IMG/VR virus record: IMGVR_UViG_3300037329_000040 | Origin: an uncultured virus (IMG/VR IMGVR_UViG_3300037329_000040) | Taxonomy: Duplodnaviria; Heunggongvirae; Uroviricota; Caudoviricetes | Strand: one strand, 5' to 3' | Length of the DNA: 64,000 nt | In this document: piece by piece, positions 7,381 to 19,517 of the stretch | How the letters are laid out: each line of letters begins with the position of its first letter | How positions within the stretch are numbered: position 1 is the stretch's first letter | Notes under the pieces: model-generated | Databases searched by the model: none | What the model was told of the DNA's origin: nothing | Seen by the model: only the letters and a program-made list of their open reading frames with translations | Made by a program: the position numbers and the translations under genes

Positions 7381-7731
7381 TTAGTATCTGTATATTCCGA
7401 TATCTACGTCCTTTGATTCTGCATAATCTACAAGATCTGAGACTGGTTCTTTTGGCTTGCTAAAGTAGATAAAGTAATCTATATCCAGGATGTTTTCTTT
7501 GATCCACTTAGGTGGCACCTTTATGACCCTTACACGAATGCCTCGGGCCTTAAGGCTTCTCTCCGACACGTTACAAAACTCATGGGCCATAGAGTTTAAG
7601 CTAGATGGCCCTGTTGAGTAAATGTAAAACTTCTTGTCCGATGTACTCATTGAAGACAATGCGGTTCCCATAGCTCTAAGAAATATTCCGTAATCAGAAA
7701 AGGATCTGGTGCCTTGAATTCCTATTAGCAT
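7381..7731 (-). CDS. SLOG/YspA-like Rossmannoid protein (putative)
   Basis: N-terminal IGIQGTRSFSDY resembles the 'G.R.f.dy' start of YspA-type SLOG proteins. Confidence 0.5.
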   Translation of the reverse strand: MLIGIQGTRSFSDYGIFLRAMGTALSSMSTSDKKFYIYSTGPSSLNSMAHEFCNVSERSLKARGIRVRVIKVPPKWIKENILDIDYFIYFSKPKEPVSDLVDYAESKDVDIGIYRY

Positions 7732-7733
7732 TC

Positions 7734-8135
7734 TTACTTCCCTTCTCTAAGAGTTTCTACGATAATCATTATCTTATTCAATTGTACAGGATCCATGGTC
7801 ATTGTGTCAACTACTTTTTGTGTTAATTTATCTATTTTCCCGTCAGGTGAGAGCTCTGCAGTATAGAAAGCCTCATCTTGAATCCAATAAGCCTGGTCCT
7901 CAAATAAAACTATCTTTAAGTTTACCTTGTCAAAGTGAACCATTGCCTGTGTCTTAACCTCTTCAGCAGATGAGCCTGTGTAGACGAATGGTGAGTATGG
8001 AGATATCAGGTAGTACCTGTAGCTTTGGGAAAATCTTAGGGTAGGCGTAGTGTTTTGTCTTACGCTAGCAGATACATTAAAATAAACAAAGATTATAATA
8101 AAGAATGTTGTTATTGATCCTATTAAGTATTCCAT
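7734..8135 (-). CDS. membrane-anchored hypothetical protein
   Basis: N-terminal TM helix, co-directional in the operon. Confidence 0.7.
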   Translation of the reverse strand: MEYLIGSITTFFIIIFVYFNVSASVRQNTTPTLRFSQSYRYYLISPYSPFVYTGSSAEEVKTQAMVHFDKVNLKIVLFEDQAYWIQDEAFYTAELSPDGKIDKLTQKVVDTMTMDPVQLNKIMIIVETLREGK

Positions 8136-8145
8136 AAATACCGAC

Positions 8146-8391
8146 CTAAGAGTCTAACCCTTGCAATCTATTCTCGATTAGCTTTTCTCTTTCGTCCACC
8201 ACCTGGTAGGCAAACTTCTCTAGGTTTTGATATCCTGCAGGATCATTAGAAACCTTGTTATAGTGATGAGAACAAAACAAAAGCTCTCCGCTAACTCCCA
8301 CAGCACGGACGTATGCCTGAGCTGAACAACCATAGTCGCATCGGTCTATTGCCGAAAGGGTCCACTCTATTTTATCTGTTAATATTTGCAA
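8146..8391 (-). CDS. small actinobacterial-type Cys/His zinc-binding protein
   Basis: DRCDYGCSAQAYV...GELLFCSHH. Confidence 0.7.
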   Translation of the reverse strand: MQILTDKIEWTLSAIDRCDYGCSAQAYVRAVGVSGELLFCSHHYNKVSNDPAGYQNLEKFAYQVVDEREKLIENRLQGLDS

Positions 8392-8394
8392 AAG

Positions 8395-8574
8395 TTACCC
8401 CTTATCATTACTATAAAATCCACTGCCCTTAAAGGCAACTCCTATACTAGAGTATACCCTATTTAGTGCAATACTGCAATGTTCACAGTGACTCTTTCCT
8501 TCTGGTTCCGAAATATTTCTGGATACCAAAACAGATAAATTACATTTTTTACATACATATTCGTAAAGCGCCAA
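8395..8574 (-). CDS. FmdB-family zinc-ribbon protein (59 aa)
   Basis: TTG start after GGAG. LYEYVCKKC...CEHC...RVYSSIGVAFKGSGFYSND. Missed by the ORF track. Confidence 0.8.
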   Translation of the reverse strand: MALYEYVCKKCNLSVLVSRNISEPEGKSHCEHCSIALNRVYSSIGVAFKGSGFYSNDKG

Positions 8575-8584
8575 GCTAAGACTC

Positions 8585-8788
8585 CTATAGATTTGGATTG
8601 GTTATTTTTACAGCAACGATAGATGTTAGTATAGACAGCAATGCTGCTGTTCCAGATACCCCAATAATAGATATCCAATCTAACTCAAACAGTCCCACGG
8701 CATTTGTGCCTATCATAGCTATAGCTGTTTGTGCAAAAGCTTTAAGAGATCTTTCTCCTGAGTAACTCCAAAAACTTATTCTAAACAT
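8585..8788 (-). CDS. holin (r1t-like)
   Basis: FW...ERSLKAFAQTAIA, 2 TM, LLSILTSI. Downstream of the endolysin. Confidence 0.8.
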   Translation of the reverse strand: MFRISFWSYSGERSLKAFAQTAIAMIGTNAVGLFELDWISIIGVSGTAALLSILTSIVAVKITNPNL

Positions 8789-8790
8789 AA

Positions 8791-9129
8791 TTACTCCATT
8801 GGGTTTTCGTCATTTGGTTTCCAAAGCTTTACATCTTGATAGGTGCTGGCTGCCGTATAAGCTGTCAGTATGATCCCTAAGAGGCTAACTCCTCCAGCTA
8901 CCAGGCCAGAGCCTACGGAAGTGTCGGATACGTAGGTGATGGCTCCAAAGATTATCATGGCAAAAGAAAGACGGTAAGCCCCGTAGATCAGCTTCCTTCT
9001 GAACTTCCAGGAAGGACCATAAGACGAGTCGCCCCCATCATCTTCTTTCAAGAAAAAAAGATTGTCTACATGCTTCGGCATATTCTCTTTAAAAGATGTC
9101 CAAACACTTTTCTTCTTTTTTGTAGCCAT
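8791..9129 (-). CDS. 2-TM membrane protein in the lysis cassette
   Basis: WKFRRKL followed by two TM helices. Lies between endolysin and holin. Confidence 0.7.
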   Translation of the reverse strand: MATKKKKSVWTSFKENMPKHVDNLFFLKEDDGGDSSYGPSWKFRRKLIYGAYRLSFAMIIFGAITYVSDTSVGSGLVAGGVSLLGIILTAYTAASTYQDVKLWKPNDENPME

Positions 9130-9138
9130 AGTATTCTC

Positions 9139-9906
9139 CTAAGGTAGCCTAATTACTTGTCCAACATTAATTAGATTAACGTTGTCAATTTTATTAAGCT
9201 TTGCAAGTATTGCCACAGTTGTCTTGTATGTTCTAGCTATTGCTCCTAGTGTATCTCCAGATTTTACTGTATGGGTCTTTGGCTTAGATACCGTTGGCTT
9301 TTTGACAGGAGCTACGACAGGCAAAGGCTTGGACCCCTTTACAGCCACTCTCTTTGTCATTGGGACTTTCCTACTCTCAGGCTCGGCAGGTTGCTGTGGC
9401 TTTGGGGTAGCCTTTGGAGTGCTAACTTTTACTTCATTAAGAGCTATCATAGAAAGAATAAACTTTAATGGCTCTAGAAAACCCTTGCCATCTTGTGACC
9501 AGCCGTGCGTTCTTCCCTTCCATATTTCAAAATGTAAATGAAGTCCTGTTACGTAGCCTGTGTCACCCATTACGCCGACTTGGTCTCCAGCCTTAACCAT
9601 CTGACCCTGACGTACCTTCGAGGAACCATCCTGCAGGTGAGCGTAAAGTGATGTGTAGTATTTGCCACTGATGAAATGTCTAATAACAATGTAGTTACCG
9701 AAACCACCGCCTTTGGCGGTAGACTTCCTAGATTTAAGAACTCTGCCATTCATAACGGCATAGACTTTTTCATTTTTCCTACCAGTAATGATATCGTCAC
9801 CGTTATGGTGCCTAGTAGCTTTTTTTGTTACGGGGTCTATCCTCCAACCGAATGGCGAGGTGACTCTGTACTTTCCCTGCACAGGTAATGCGAATAAGTT
9901 TGACAT
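9139..9906 (-). CDS. endolysin: M23 peptidase + LysM
   Basis: TSPFGWR, HNGDD (HxxxD), YAHL, HLHFE, C-terminal HTVKSGDTL...IDNVNLINVGQVIRLP. Confidence 0.9.
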   Translation of the reverse strand: MSNLFALPVQGKYRVTSPFGWRIDPVTKKATRHHNGDDIITGRKNEKVYAVMNGRVLKSRKSTAKGGGFGNYIVIRHFISGKYYTSLYAHLQDGSSKVRQGQMVKAGDQVGVMGDTGYVTGLHLHFEIWKGRTHGWSQDGKGFLEPLKFILSMIALNEVKVSTPKATPKPQQPAEPESRKVPMTKRVAVKGSKPLPVVAPVKKPTVSKPKTHTVKSGDTLGAIARTYKTTVAILAKLNKIDNVNLINVGQVIRLP

Positions 9907-10037
9907 GTTTGTAATCCTCCTTACCTCTATTATAGCATGAAGGAAAGATCATATACTATGATAGTAAAAACTAAAACTTAACTAAGTTTAATTTTAAACA
10001 ATTTGTGAAAGATTAATAGGAATGCTTCTATTGTGTC

Positions 10038-10304
10038 CTATTCGGTATCAAGAATGGCTTCTGGTTCTGGGCGTAAAGCTGGGTGAGTGTCTGGTGAGTT
10101 ACCCGCTACAAACTCGCTTTCAGGGTCTACCAGTGAAGCAATAAATACCTCAGCCCAATCAGTTGCCTGAGCCGCATCTGCCCAAGGGGTTGTATCTGGA
10201 AAGTCAGGTTGGAACATAAAGGGTGCGCCGTTATCGTTTGGGTTTTCGCTGTCCCAAATTCTGATGGCGTTGTCTGAGTCAATTTCAAAGCGGTAACGTG
10301 TCAT
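10038..10304 (-). CDS. small acidic protein, possible fibre chaperone
   Basis: AGGAG SD. Follows the beta-propeller gene. Confidence 0.65.
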   Translation of the reverse strand: MTRYRFEIDSDNAIRIWDSENPNDNGAPFMFQPDFPDTTPWADAAQATDWAEVFIASLVDPESEFVAGNSPDTHPALRPEPEAILDTE

Positions 10305-10315
10305 TGTTTTCTCCT

Positions 10316-11422
10316 TTATGGAAGGCTGATTAGTGGGGATTTTGGCTCTAGGGAAAGGAAGGTGGTTGGAGGGAGAGGGCTATTAGTGGTAATCTTTCCT
10401 GAGTCACCAACAGCAACATAAAGCCCATCGCCGTAAGTCACGCCAAGGATACGACTAGCCCCAAACCCTGAGGTTCTAGATGTCCAAGTGATGCCATCGG
10501 GTGAGGTGGCCAGGGTTCCTGAGCCACCGACGGCAACATAAAGCCCATCGCCATAAGTCACGCCATAGATAATAGTAGACCCAAACCCTGATGTTCTAGT
10601 CGTCCAAGTCGTGCCATCAGTTGAGGTGGCCAGGGTTCCTGAGCCACCGACGGCAACATAAAGCCCATCGCCATAAGTCACGCCATAGATACTAGTAGTC
10701 CCAAACCCTGAGGTTCTAGATGTCCAAGTGATGCCATCGGGTGAGGTGGCCAGGGTTCCTGGAAAACCGACTGCAACATAAAGCCCATCGCCGTAAGTCA
10801 CGTCATAGAGAACACCCCCCAAACCTGATGCTGCAATAGTCCAAGTAACGCCGTCGGGTGAGGTGGTTAATGTTCCTGAGCCACCGACGGCAACATAAAG
10901 CCCATCGCCATAAGTCACGCCATAGATACTCTTAGACCCAAACCCTGAGGTTCTAGATGTCCAAGTTGTGCCATCAGGTGAGGTGGTTAATTTACCATCC
11001 CAACCGACTGCAACATAAAGCCCATCGCCGTATGTCACGCTCTCGATATAAGTAGTCCCAAACCCTGATGTCCGACTAGTCCAAGTAGTTCCGTCAGTTG
11101 AGGTGGTGAGCTTTCCATAGTAACCGACACCAACATAAAGCCCATCTCCGTAAGTCACGCCATGGATTTGAGCATACCCAAGCCCTGATGTTCGAAAAGT
11201 CCAGTCGTCTAAATCGTATTGTTCAGCCGCTATCAAACTAGCAATTCCACTTGGGTAATTTAGCAACCCAGCGTTACCGTTTACAGCTACACCGCCAACA
11301 GTTATAGGGGCAGTTGAGCTAACATCATAAAGCCCCGCCGCTAGGTCTACTGTGTAAGTCCCTGCCGCTGTGATGTTGTAGTTAAAGGTTGCTGCTGGTG
11401 CAGGCATACTAAATCTAGCCAC
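10316..11422 (-). CDS. 7-bladed beta-propeller (BNR/Asp-box-like), putative adhesin or receptor-binding protein
   Basis: Seven ~40-aa repeats GVTYGDGLYVAVG..G.L.TSxDGxTWTxRTSGFG. Confidence 0.8.
   Translation of the reverse strand: MARFSMPAPAATFNYNITAAGTYTVDLAAGLYDVSSTAPITVGGVAVNGNAGLLNYPSGIASLIAAEQYDLDDWTFRTSGLGYAQIHGVTYGDGLYVGVGYYGKLTTSTDGTTWTSRTSGFGTTYIESVTYGDGLYVAVGWDGKLTTSPDGTTWTSRTSGFGSKSIYGVTYGDGLYVAVGGSGTLTTSPDGVTWTIAASGLGGVLYDVTYGDGLYVAVGFPGTLATSPDGITWTSRTSGFGTTSIYGVTYGDGLYVAVGGSGTLATSTDGTTWTTRTSGFGSTIIYGVTYGDGLYVAVGGSGTLATSPDGITWTSRTSGFGASRILGVTYGDGLYVAVGDSGKITTNSPLPPTTFLSLEPKSPLISLP
10380..11205. repeat. tandem coding repeat, 7 units of 120 bp (one 117 bp)
   Basis: CAACATAAAGCCCATC recurs near 10414, 10534, 10654, 10774, 10891, 11011 and 11131. 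Confidence 0.9.
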
Positions 11423-11703
11423 TAGCTTCCCTGCTCTAGGTTAAGATTTAAGACAGCTACCTGAGCTCCTGCGAGTTCAGAAATTGCGTGTATAGAGTCT
11501 TTTCCAGACAACTCGACAGACCATGCCTGGTTTGGTGCTATTCTAAATCCATAACTAGACAAAGAAACATCTTCAGCACCTATATAGATGTTTCCCTCTA
11601 GGTTAATGTTTTGGATAGTTATGTCGGCACCGCCGTGTGTTCCTGGTGAAGATAGCCTTGTTCCCTCGGAGTTGGAGAGATTTACTAATTGATGAGATGT
11701 CAT
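11422..11703 (-). CDS. small beta-rich hypothetical (possibly virion) protein, leaderless
   Basis: TGGTATAAT (11710-11718) lies 6 nt before ATG 11703. TAGTG coupling to the propeller gene. Confidence 0.7.
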   Translation of the reverse strand: MTSHQLVNLSNSEGTRLSSPGTHGGADITIQNINLEGNIYIGAEDVSLSSYGFRIAPNQAWSVELSGKDSIHAISELAGAQVAVLNLNLEQGS

Positions 11704-11737
11704 GACTAAATTATACCACACTTTTCTTTAATCTCAG

Positions 11738-11810
11738 AGCCTCAAGCAGGTCTCGAACCCGCCACCTACGCATTACAAGTGCGTCGCTCTACCAGATGAG
11801 CTATTGAGGC
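11738..11810 (-). tRNA. tRNA-Thr(UGU)
   Basis: GCCTCAA/TTGAGGC acceptor, ACGCA-CTTGTAA-TGCGT, GTTCGAG. Confidence 0.92.
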
Positions 11811-11864
11811 TAGTGTCCAATTTTATCCCTATACCCGTGGGAGTGGCTTGGACAATACCATTAG

Positions 11865-11937
11865 CGTCTACGATCAGATTTGAACTGACGATCCCCTGGC
11901 TGACAACCAGGTGCTTTAACCGCTAAGCTACGTAGAC
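11865..11937 (-). tRNA. tRNA-Asp(GUC)
   Basis: GTCTACG/CGTAGAC acceptor, CCTGG-TTGTCAG-CCAGG, GTTCAAA. Confidence 0.88.
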
Positions 11938-11941
11938 TTGT

Positions 11942-12120
11942 GTGATGCATGGTTGACTAAACCACCATCACCGACTCTTTACTCAAAAACCTGCGAGTAA
12001 CAGCACCATTACAGGTCTTTTACCTGCTGAAGGCTTTGGTATGCCCGTTCTTATTTATTTGGCAAAAAACCTACCATCTAGTGATTCGACACTAGCACCT
12101 AATCTGAGAAGTCACTCTCA
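11942..12120 (-). ncRNA. candidate multi-hairpin ncRNA within the tRNA operon
   Basis: Six consecutive stem-loops fill the Asn-Asp spacer. G-U pairs favour the minus strand. No ORF. Confidence 0.5.
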
Positions 12121-12123
12121 TTG

Positions 12124-12196
12124 CTGCCCCACCTGGACTCGAACCAGGAACATCAGAGTTAACAGCTCTGCACTCTGCCAATTGAGCTATGGGGCA
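12124..12196 (-). tRNA. tRNA-Asn(GUU)
   Basis: TGCCCCA/TGGGGCA acceptor, CAGAG-CTGTTAA-CTCTG, GTTCGAG. Confidence 0.92.
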
Positions 12197-12206
12197 AGGT
12201 AAATTA

Positions 12207-12380
12207 CTAACTAATAAGCTTTACTACATGCATACATGGGTCTCCACCGTCTTCCCAATCTGCTGCCTCTTCATCTGTCATGTAGGGGTCTCCGTCATGA
12301 GTGTTGCAAAATGCCTCGGTTACCCAGCCTTTATCAATACCAATTTTTAACCAGTCTCTGATGCCCAGATCTTCACTCAT
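12207..12380 (-). CDS. small Cys/His hypothetical protein (57 aa)
   Basis: MSEDLGIRDWLKIGIDKGWVTEAFCNTHDGDPYMTDEEAADWEDGGDPCMHVVKLIS, with GGAGG SD. Missed by the ORF track. Confidence 0.75.
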   Translation of the reverse strand: MSEDLGIRDWLKIGIDKGWVTEAFCNTHDGDPYMTDEEAADWEDGGDPCMHVVKLIS

Positions 12381-12407
12381 GACTAATCCCTCCTAGATTG
12401 TATACCA

Positions 12408-12436
12408 AGTATACAGGAACTAGAAGGGATTGTCAA
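12408..12436 (-). promoter_or_regulatory. consensus SigA-type promoter for the tRNA operon
   Basis: TTGACA-17 nt-TATACT. Confidence 0.75.
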
Positions 12437-12448
12437 GCAAAGTTGAGA

Positions 12449-13683
12449 CTAATAAAGCTTATAAGCCTGAGTAAGACGCCTTACTCTATTCATTGCAGAG
12501 TTAGGAGACATTTTGCTTAACAGAAGGTCTGCGATAACATCTGCTACCTCTTGGAATTCCTCATCCCCGAAGCCTCTTGTAGCTAAGGCAGGAGTTCCGA
12601 TTCTAAGTCCAGAAGTGACCATAGGCGATCTGCTGTCAAAAGGTACTGAGTTTCTATTAACTGTGATGCCAGAGCTATGAAGAAGATCTTCTGCTTCTTT
12701 GCCACTAATATTAGAGTTAGACAAGTCTACTATTAAGAGGTGCACATCTGTTCCCCCAGTTAAGACATTTATTCCTCGATCTACCAGTGTCTCTGCTATA
12801 ACTTTTGCTCCAGAGATTGTTCTCTCTTGACGCTCTTTAAATTCTGGAAGCATAGCTAACTTAAACGCGACGGCCTTGGCAGCTATCACATGCATTAGAG
12901 GACCGCCCTGCTGTCCAGGGAACACTGCGGAGTTTATTCTTTTGGCAATGTCTGCATCCTGGCTAAGGATTACTCCGGACCTTGGCCCTCCCAATGTTTT
13001 ATGAACTGTTGTAGAAACTGCATCAGCAAAAGGGAATGGGCTTGGGTGCAGGTCAGCTGCAACCAGTCCAGAGAAGTGAGCCATGTCTACCCAAAGCTTT
13101 GCTCCAACCTCATTAGCGATGCTTCTAAAGGCATCGAAATCAAGGTGCCTGGAGTATGCAGACCAGCCAGCAATTAAAACTTGAGGCCTGTGCTCTAGAG
13201 CCTTGTCTCTTACCTCATCCATGTCTATTAAGTTAGTTAATGGATCTACACCGTATGATGTAGCTTTATAGTTTCTACCCGAAAAGTTGAGCTTCATCCC
13301 GTGGGTTAGGTGACCACCGTGAGACAGCTCCATCCCGAGAATAGTATCTCCTGGTGAAGCCAACGCATGAAGCACAGCTGCACTAGCACTTGAGCCAGAG
13401 TGGGGTTGAACGTTTGCATACTTTGCACCAAAGAGTTGTTTTACCCTGGAGATTGCTAGGTTCTCTATCTCATCTACAAACTCACAGCCTCCATAGTAGC
13501 GCTTTCCAGGGTAACCCTCAGCGTACTTATTGGTGAGGACTGAACCCTGTGCCTCCATGATCGACAATGGTACAAAGTTTTCACTTGCAATCATCTCAAG
13601 AGTATTGTTTTGTCTTGACTTTTCTTGTTGTATGAAATCAAATACCTCAGAGTCTACCTCTTCAAGTGTCTGGTAGAACGTCA

Positions 13684-13684
<1 letters not shown>
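12449..13684 (-). CDS. glyA: serine hydroxymethyltransferase
   Basis: [33 protein letters not shown]-Lys motif [28 protein letters not shown] coupling to nrdF. Confidence 0.96.
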
Positions 13685-16787
<3,103 letters not shown>

Positions 16788-16798
<11 letters not shown>

Positions 16799-17192
16799 AT
16801 AGTATTTCCAACCTATTCTTGACCTCTATGACGTCATCTTGTGTACCAAAAATTTCTATTCTAGCGACCAGTGGTACTCCTGCTTTGCTAGATATCATGT
16901 GTGCTGCTTTACAAAAATCTTCTCCAAAGTTAGTATTGCCGAAGCCAACTACCCCTTGGAGCTTTTCACGATTGTTTCTATTATTTAAGAATCTTCGAAC
17001 CTGTCTTGGGATTGCGTGCGTGTCGCTGCCACTACCATAAGTCGGAACAAAGAGAACATAAGGATTATCCATAATAAGAGGCTCGCTATCACTAGACTTA
17101 ATAGGAATAGGAATAGCGTTCTCACTTATTTTCTCCGCGAATCTCTTGGTGTTACCAGAATAGTTTGAAAAATATACAATAGTTATGGACAC
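16788..17192 (-). CDS. nrdI: NrdI flavodoxin
   Basis: [29 protein letters not shown]. Confidence 0.95.
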
Positions 17193-17202
17193 TGGGACCT
17201 TT

Positions 17203-18984
17203 CTAGATTAAATTAAACTGACCCAGATAGTCTTCTAAATCTTTTTGCTCTGGCCTATATCTTATCACATTTCTGTCCTTATCCGCAAGCTCTTGTGGTG
17301 ACTTAGCTCTATCTCTAAACGTGTGGATTTGAACTTCTTGGTTAGTGTTCTTTGGTGTATGGGATATAGCTCCATAGATGGCTCCACAAACAGCGTCTGC
17401 TAGGTCTTTGGAGGACTTTCTTGGGTGGTCTACCCTATTACCCTTCATAATCTTTAGCTCTGTTAGCTCTTCAAACAACAAATCAATCATTGGCATTGCT
17501 AGTCGCTCTTCATAGATAAGCATTGCCATATCCTCGTAATGTTTCTTGGCTACCGATACCGTCTCAGTTCTGATCCCAACAGCCTTTAGCTCATTCTGAA
17601 TATCAAAGGACTGCCAGCGGTCAAAGGAAACCATTCCAATATCGAATCCTAGCCTGCGTAGATTTTGAATCCACTGCTTAACCTCTGAAAGATCTACTGG
17701 CCCCTCAACACGTGGCTCCCAATAGACTACAGCGTCTACCACTACTACTGGAGCTACCTGCTCATAATCTTTAATTACCTGAATATTTACCCAACGATCT
17801 ACGTGAGCAATGGCAACAGCACACTTGTCGTGTCGTTGTGCAAGGTCAGCGTGAACATAATACTTCTTAGTTGGGTCTGGCTTAAACGTTTCCTCGAACC
17901 TCTTGAAACCGTCTATGGGGTTTCTGATGGTCATAGCGTTTTGGACCTTGTCCCTCTGCTTAAAGAAAGCATCTGAGGAGAACCTTGGAACGCAAGCAAA
18001 CCTCTGCATGGCATCAGCAAGGTCTGTGTAAAAGGCTATCTTGAAGTCATCGATCTTACGTGTAGGGTTAACCACCCAAGTGGGACGCTTTAGGGCAAAC
18101 ATCCCTGGATACTTGTAAGTAAGGATTGTGTCCTCTTCCCAGTCAATCTCTAAAGAATTTCCTGGGGCGTCTTCTGGCAACTCATCATTCATAATAAACT
18201 TGTGATGCTTTGTCACCACCTCTTTTTCCATTACGACATCGTCATATCTTTGAGAGATGAAGTCTCCTGGGTAACGTGGAAAAGATAGCAATGCAACCTT
18301 ACCCAAGTCTGGGAACCGAGAGTCTACCGAAGCACGAAATGCCTTGTATATATTATCTGCGGTCTTGGCCTGCTCATTGCCTGTTCCAACCTCAGAGGCG
18401 AAGCCAGAGATCTCATCTAGAACTGCCAAGATCAGGTTTAGGCCCTCGTGAGACTCACGCTCGGAGTGTCCAGAATAAACCGTTATTGAATGGTCAAACT
18501 CTATGCTATCCATTTTTGCATAGTACTTACCTTGAAACCAAGGAGACCTTTCGATCTTAGATTTAAAGCCTTTAAAGAAAACGTTCTTTGCCTGCTGTGC
18601 ATTTATAGCAATGTTAATAATGTCGATGGCGTCTCCGCCGGGCTTTCCAAAATATCTTGCGGGGTCCTTTAAGCAAAGAAGCTTGTACACGATATATGCA
18701 CAGGCAACTGTAGAGGTAAAGTCTTTTCCGCTACCCTTTCCCAGCTGGAGGATAACTTCGTTCTTGGTATATTTTTTATAGTAGCGAGTGCCCTCTTCAA
18801 AGCCCATAAGCTCTATGAGGTCTTCTTTTCTGTAGATCTGACTCATAGCTTCCACAATGTCATACTGACTCTGGGATAAGGTCGGCTGACCAAGATAGTC
18901 AGTTCCCTCAACAAAGGTCTTGGCGTCTACGGGAACCTCTGCGAATGGGCTATCTTGCAGCGCCTCTAAGAAATCATCAAACAT
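17203..18984 (-). CDS. terL: terminase large subunit
   Basis: Walker A GKGSGKD, Walker B AVLDE, nuclease HADLA...KDLADA. Confidence 0.9.
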   Translation of the reverse strand: MFDDFLEALQDSPFAEVPVDAKTFVEGTDYLGQPTLSQSQYDIVEAMSQIYRKEDLIELMGFEEGTRYYKKYTKNEVILQLGKGSGKDFTSTVACAYIVYKLLCLKDPARYFGKPGGDAIDIINIAINAQQAKNVFFKGFKSKIERSPWFQGKYYAKMDSIEFDHSITVYSGHSERESHEGLNLILAVLDEISGFASEVGTGNEQAKTADNIYKAFRASVDSRFPDLGKVALLSFPRYPGDFISQRYDDVVMEKEVVTKHHKFIMNDELPEDAPGNSLEIDWEEDTILTYKYPGMFALKRPTWVVNPTRKIDDFKIAFYTDLADAMQRFACVPRFSSDAFFKQRDKVQNAMTIRNPIDGFKRFEETFKPDPTKKYYVHADLAQRHDKCAVAIAHVDRWVNIQVIKDYEQVAPVVVVDAVVYWEPRVEGPVDLSEVKQWIQNLRRLGFDIGMVSFDRWQSFDIQNELKAVGIRTETVSVAKKHYEDMAMLIYEERLAMPMIDLLFEELTELKIMKGNRVDHPRKSSKDLADAVCGAIYGAISHTPKNTNQEVQIHTFRDRAKSPQELADKDRNVIRYRPEQKDLEDYLGQFNLI

Positions 18985-19517
18985 TATTCGTTCACAATCG
19001 TAATGGTCTCTCCTGGCTTGGTTGCCTGGGACAGACGCTTCATAATCTTATCTCGAATCTCTGGGTGCTCAGACGCAACATCCTTTAGAATTTGTATTAA
19101 GACTTGCTGGCGCTCTTCGATCTCTACCATTTCTTCTGCTAGCTCTTTATTTTCAAGAAGACCGGCTTTCTGCAACATGTCTATTCGGGTTCGCTCTAGG
19201 TCCATTACCAACTTGATACCTGCAGTCTTAGCTCCCAGGTTTGCAACCATAGTCGCCTCGTCTATTACTTCATAAGCCTTTGATATAAGCTTGCTGTAGT
19301 GGGTGTCAGCACCGACAAGAGCTTCCTTAGCTCTAGCACGAATAGCAGCGTTGTCTGAAGCCATGGCTCGCCACTCGTTTAGATACCCCACCACCTTTTG
19401 CCTAGGCATAGCTAGCTCTTTAGATATCTGGGTTGGCTCCGATCCAGACAAGTACCTCTCGACAACCTTATTAACGATGTCTAAGTGTTCTACTAGCTGA
19501 TCCTCAGGGGTTGACAC
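18984..19517 (-). CDS. putative terminase small subunit (HTH + coiled coil)
   Basis: Coupled (TAATG) to terL, with an HTH-like N-terminus. Likely GTG start at 19517. Confidence 0.55.
   Translation of the reverse strand: MSTPEDQLVEHLDIVNKVVERYLSGSEPTQISKELAMPRQKVVGYLNEWRAMASDNAAIRARAKEALVGADTHYSKLISKAYEVIDEATMVANLGAKTAGIKLVMDLERTRIDMLQKAGLLENKELAEEMVEIEERQQVLIQILKDVASEHPEIRDKIMKRLSQATKPGETITIVNE

Noticed and set aside
9940..10030. AT-rich intergenic stretch as a replication origin
   Set aside because: Short, with no iterons or DnaA boxes seen. It is adequately explained as the terminator/promoter region of the lysis operon.
10380..11205. Tandem repeats as a CRISPR array or DGR template/variable repeat
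   Set aside because: The repeats are in-frame coding units with no unique spacers, differences are not restricted to adenines, and there is no reverse transcriptase in the window.
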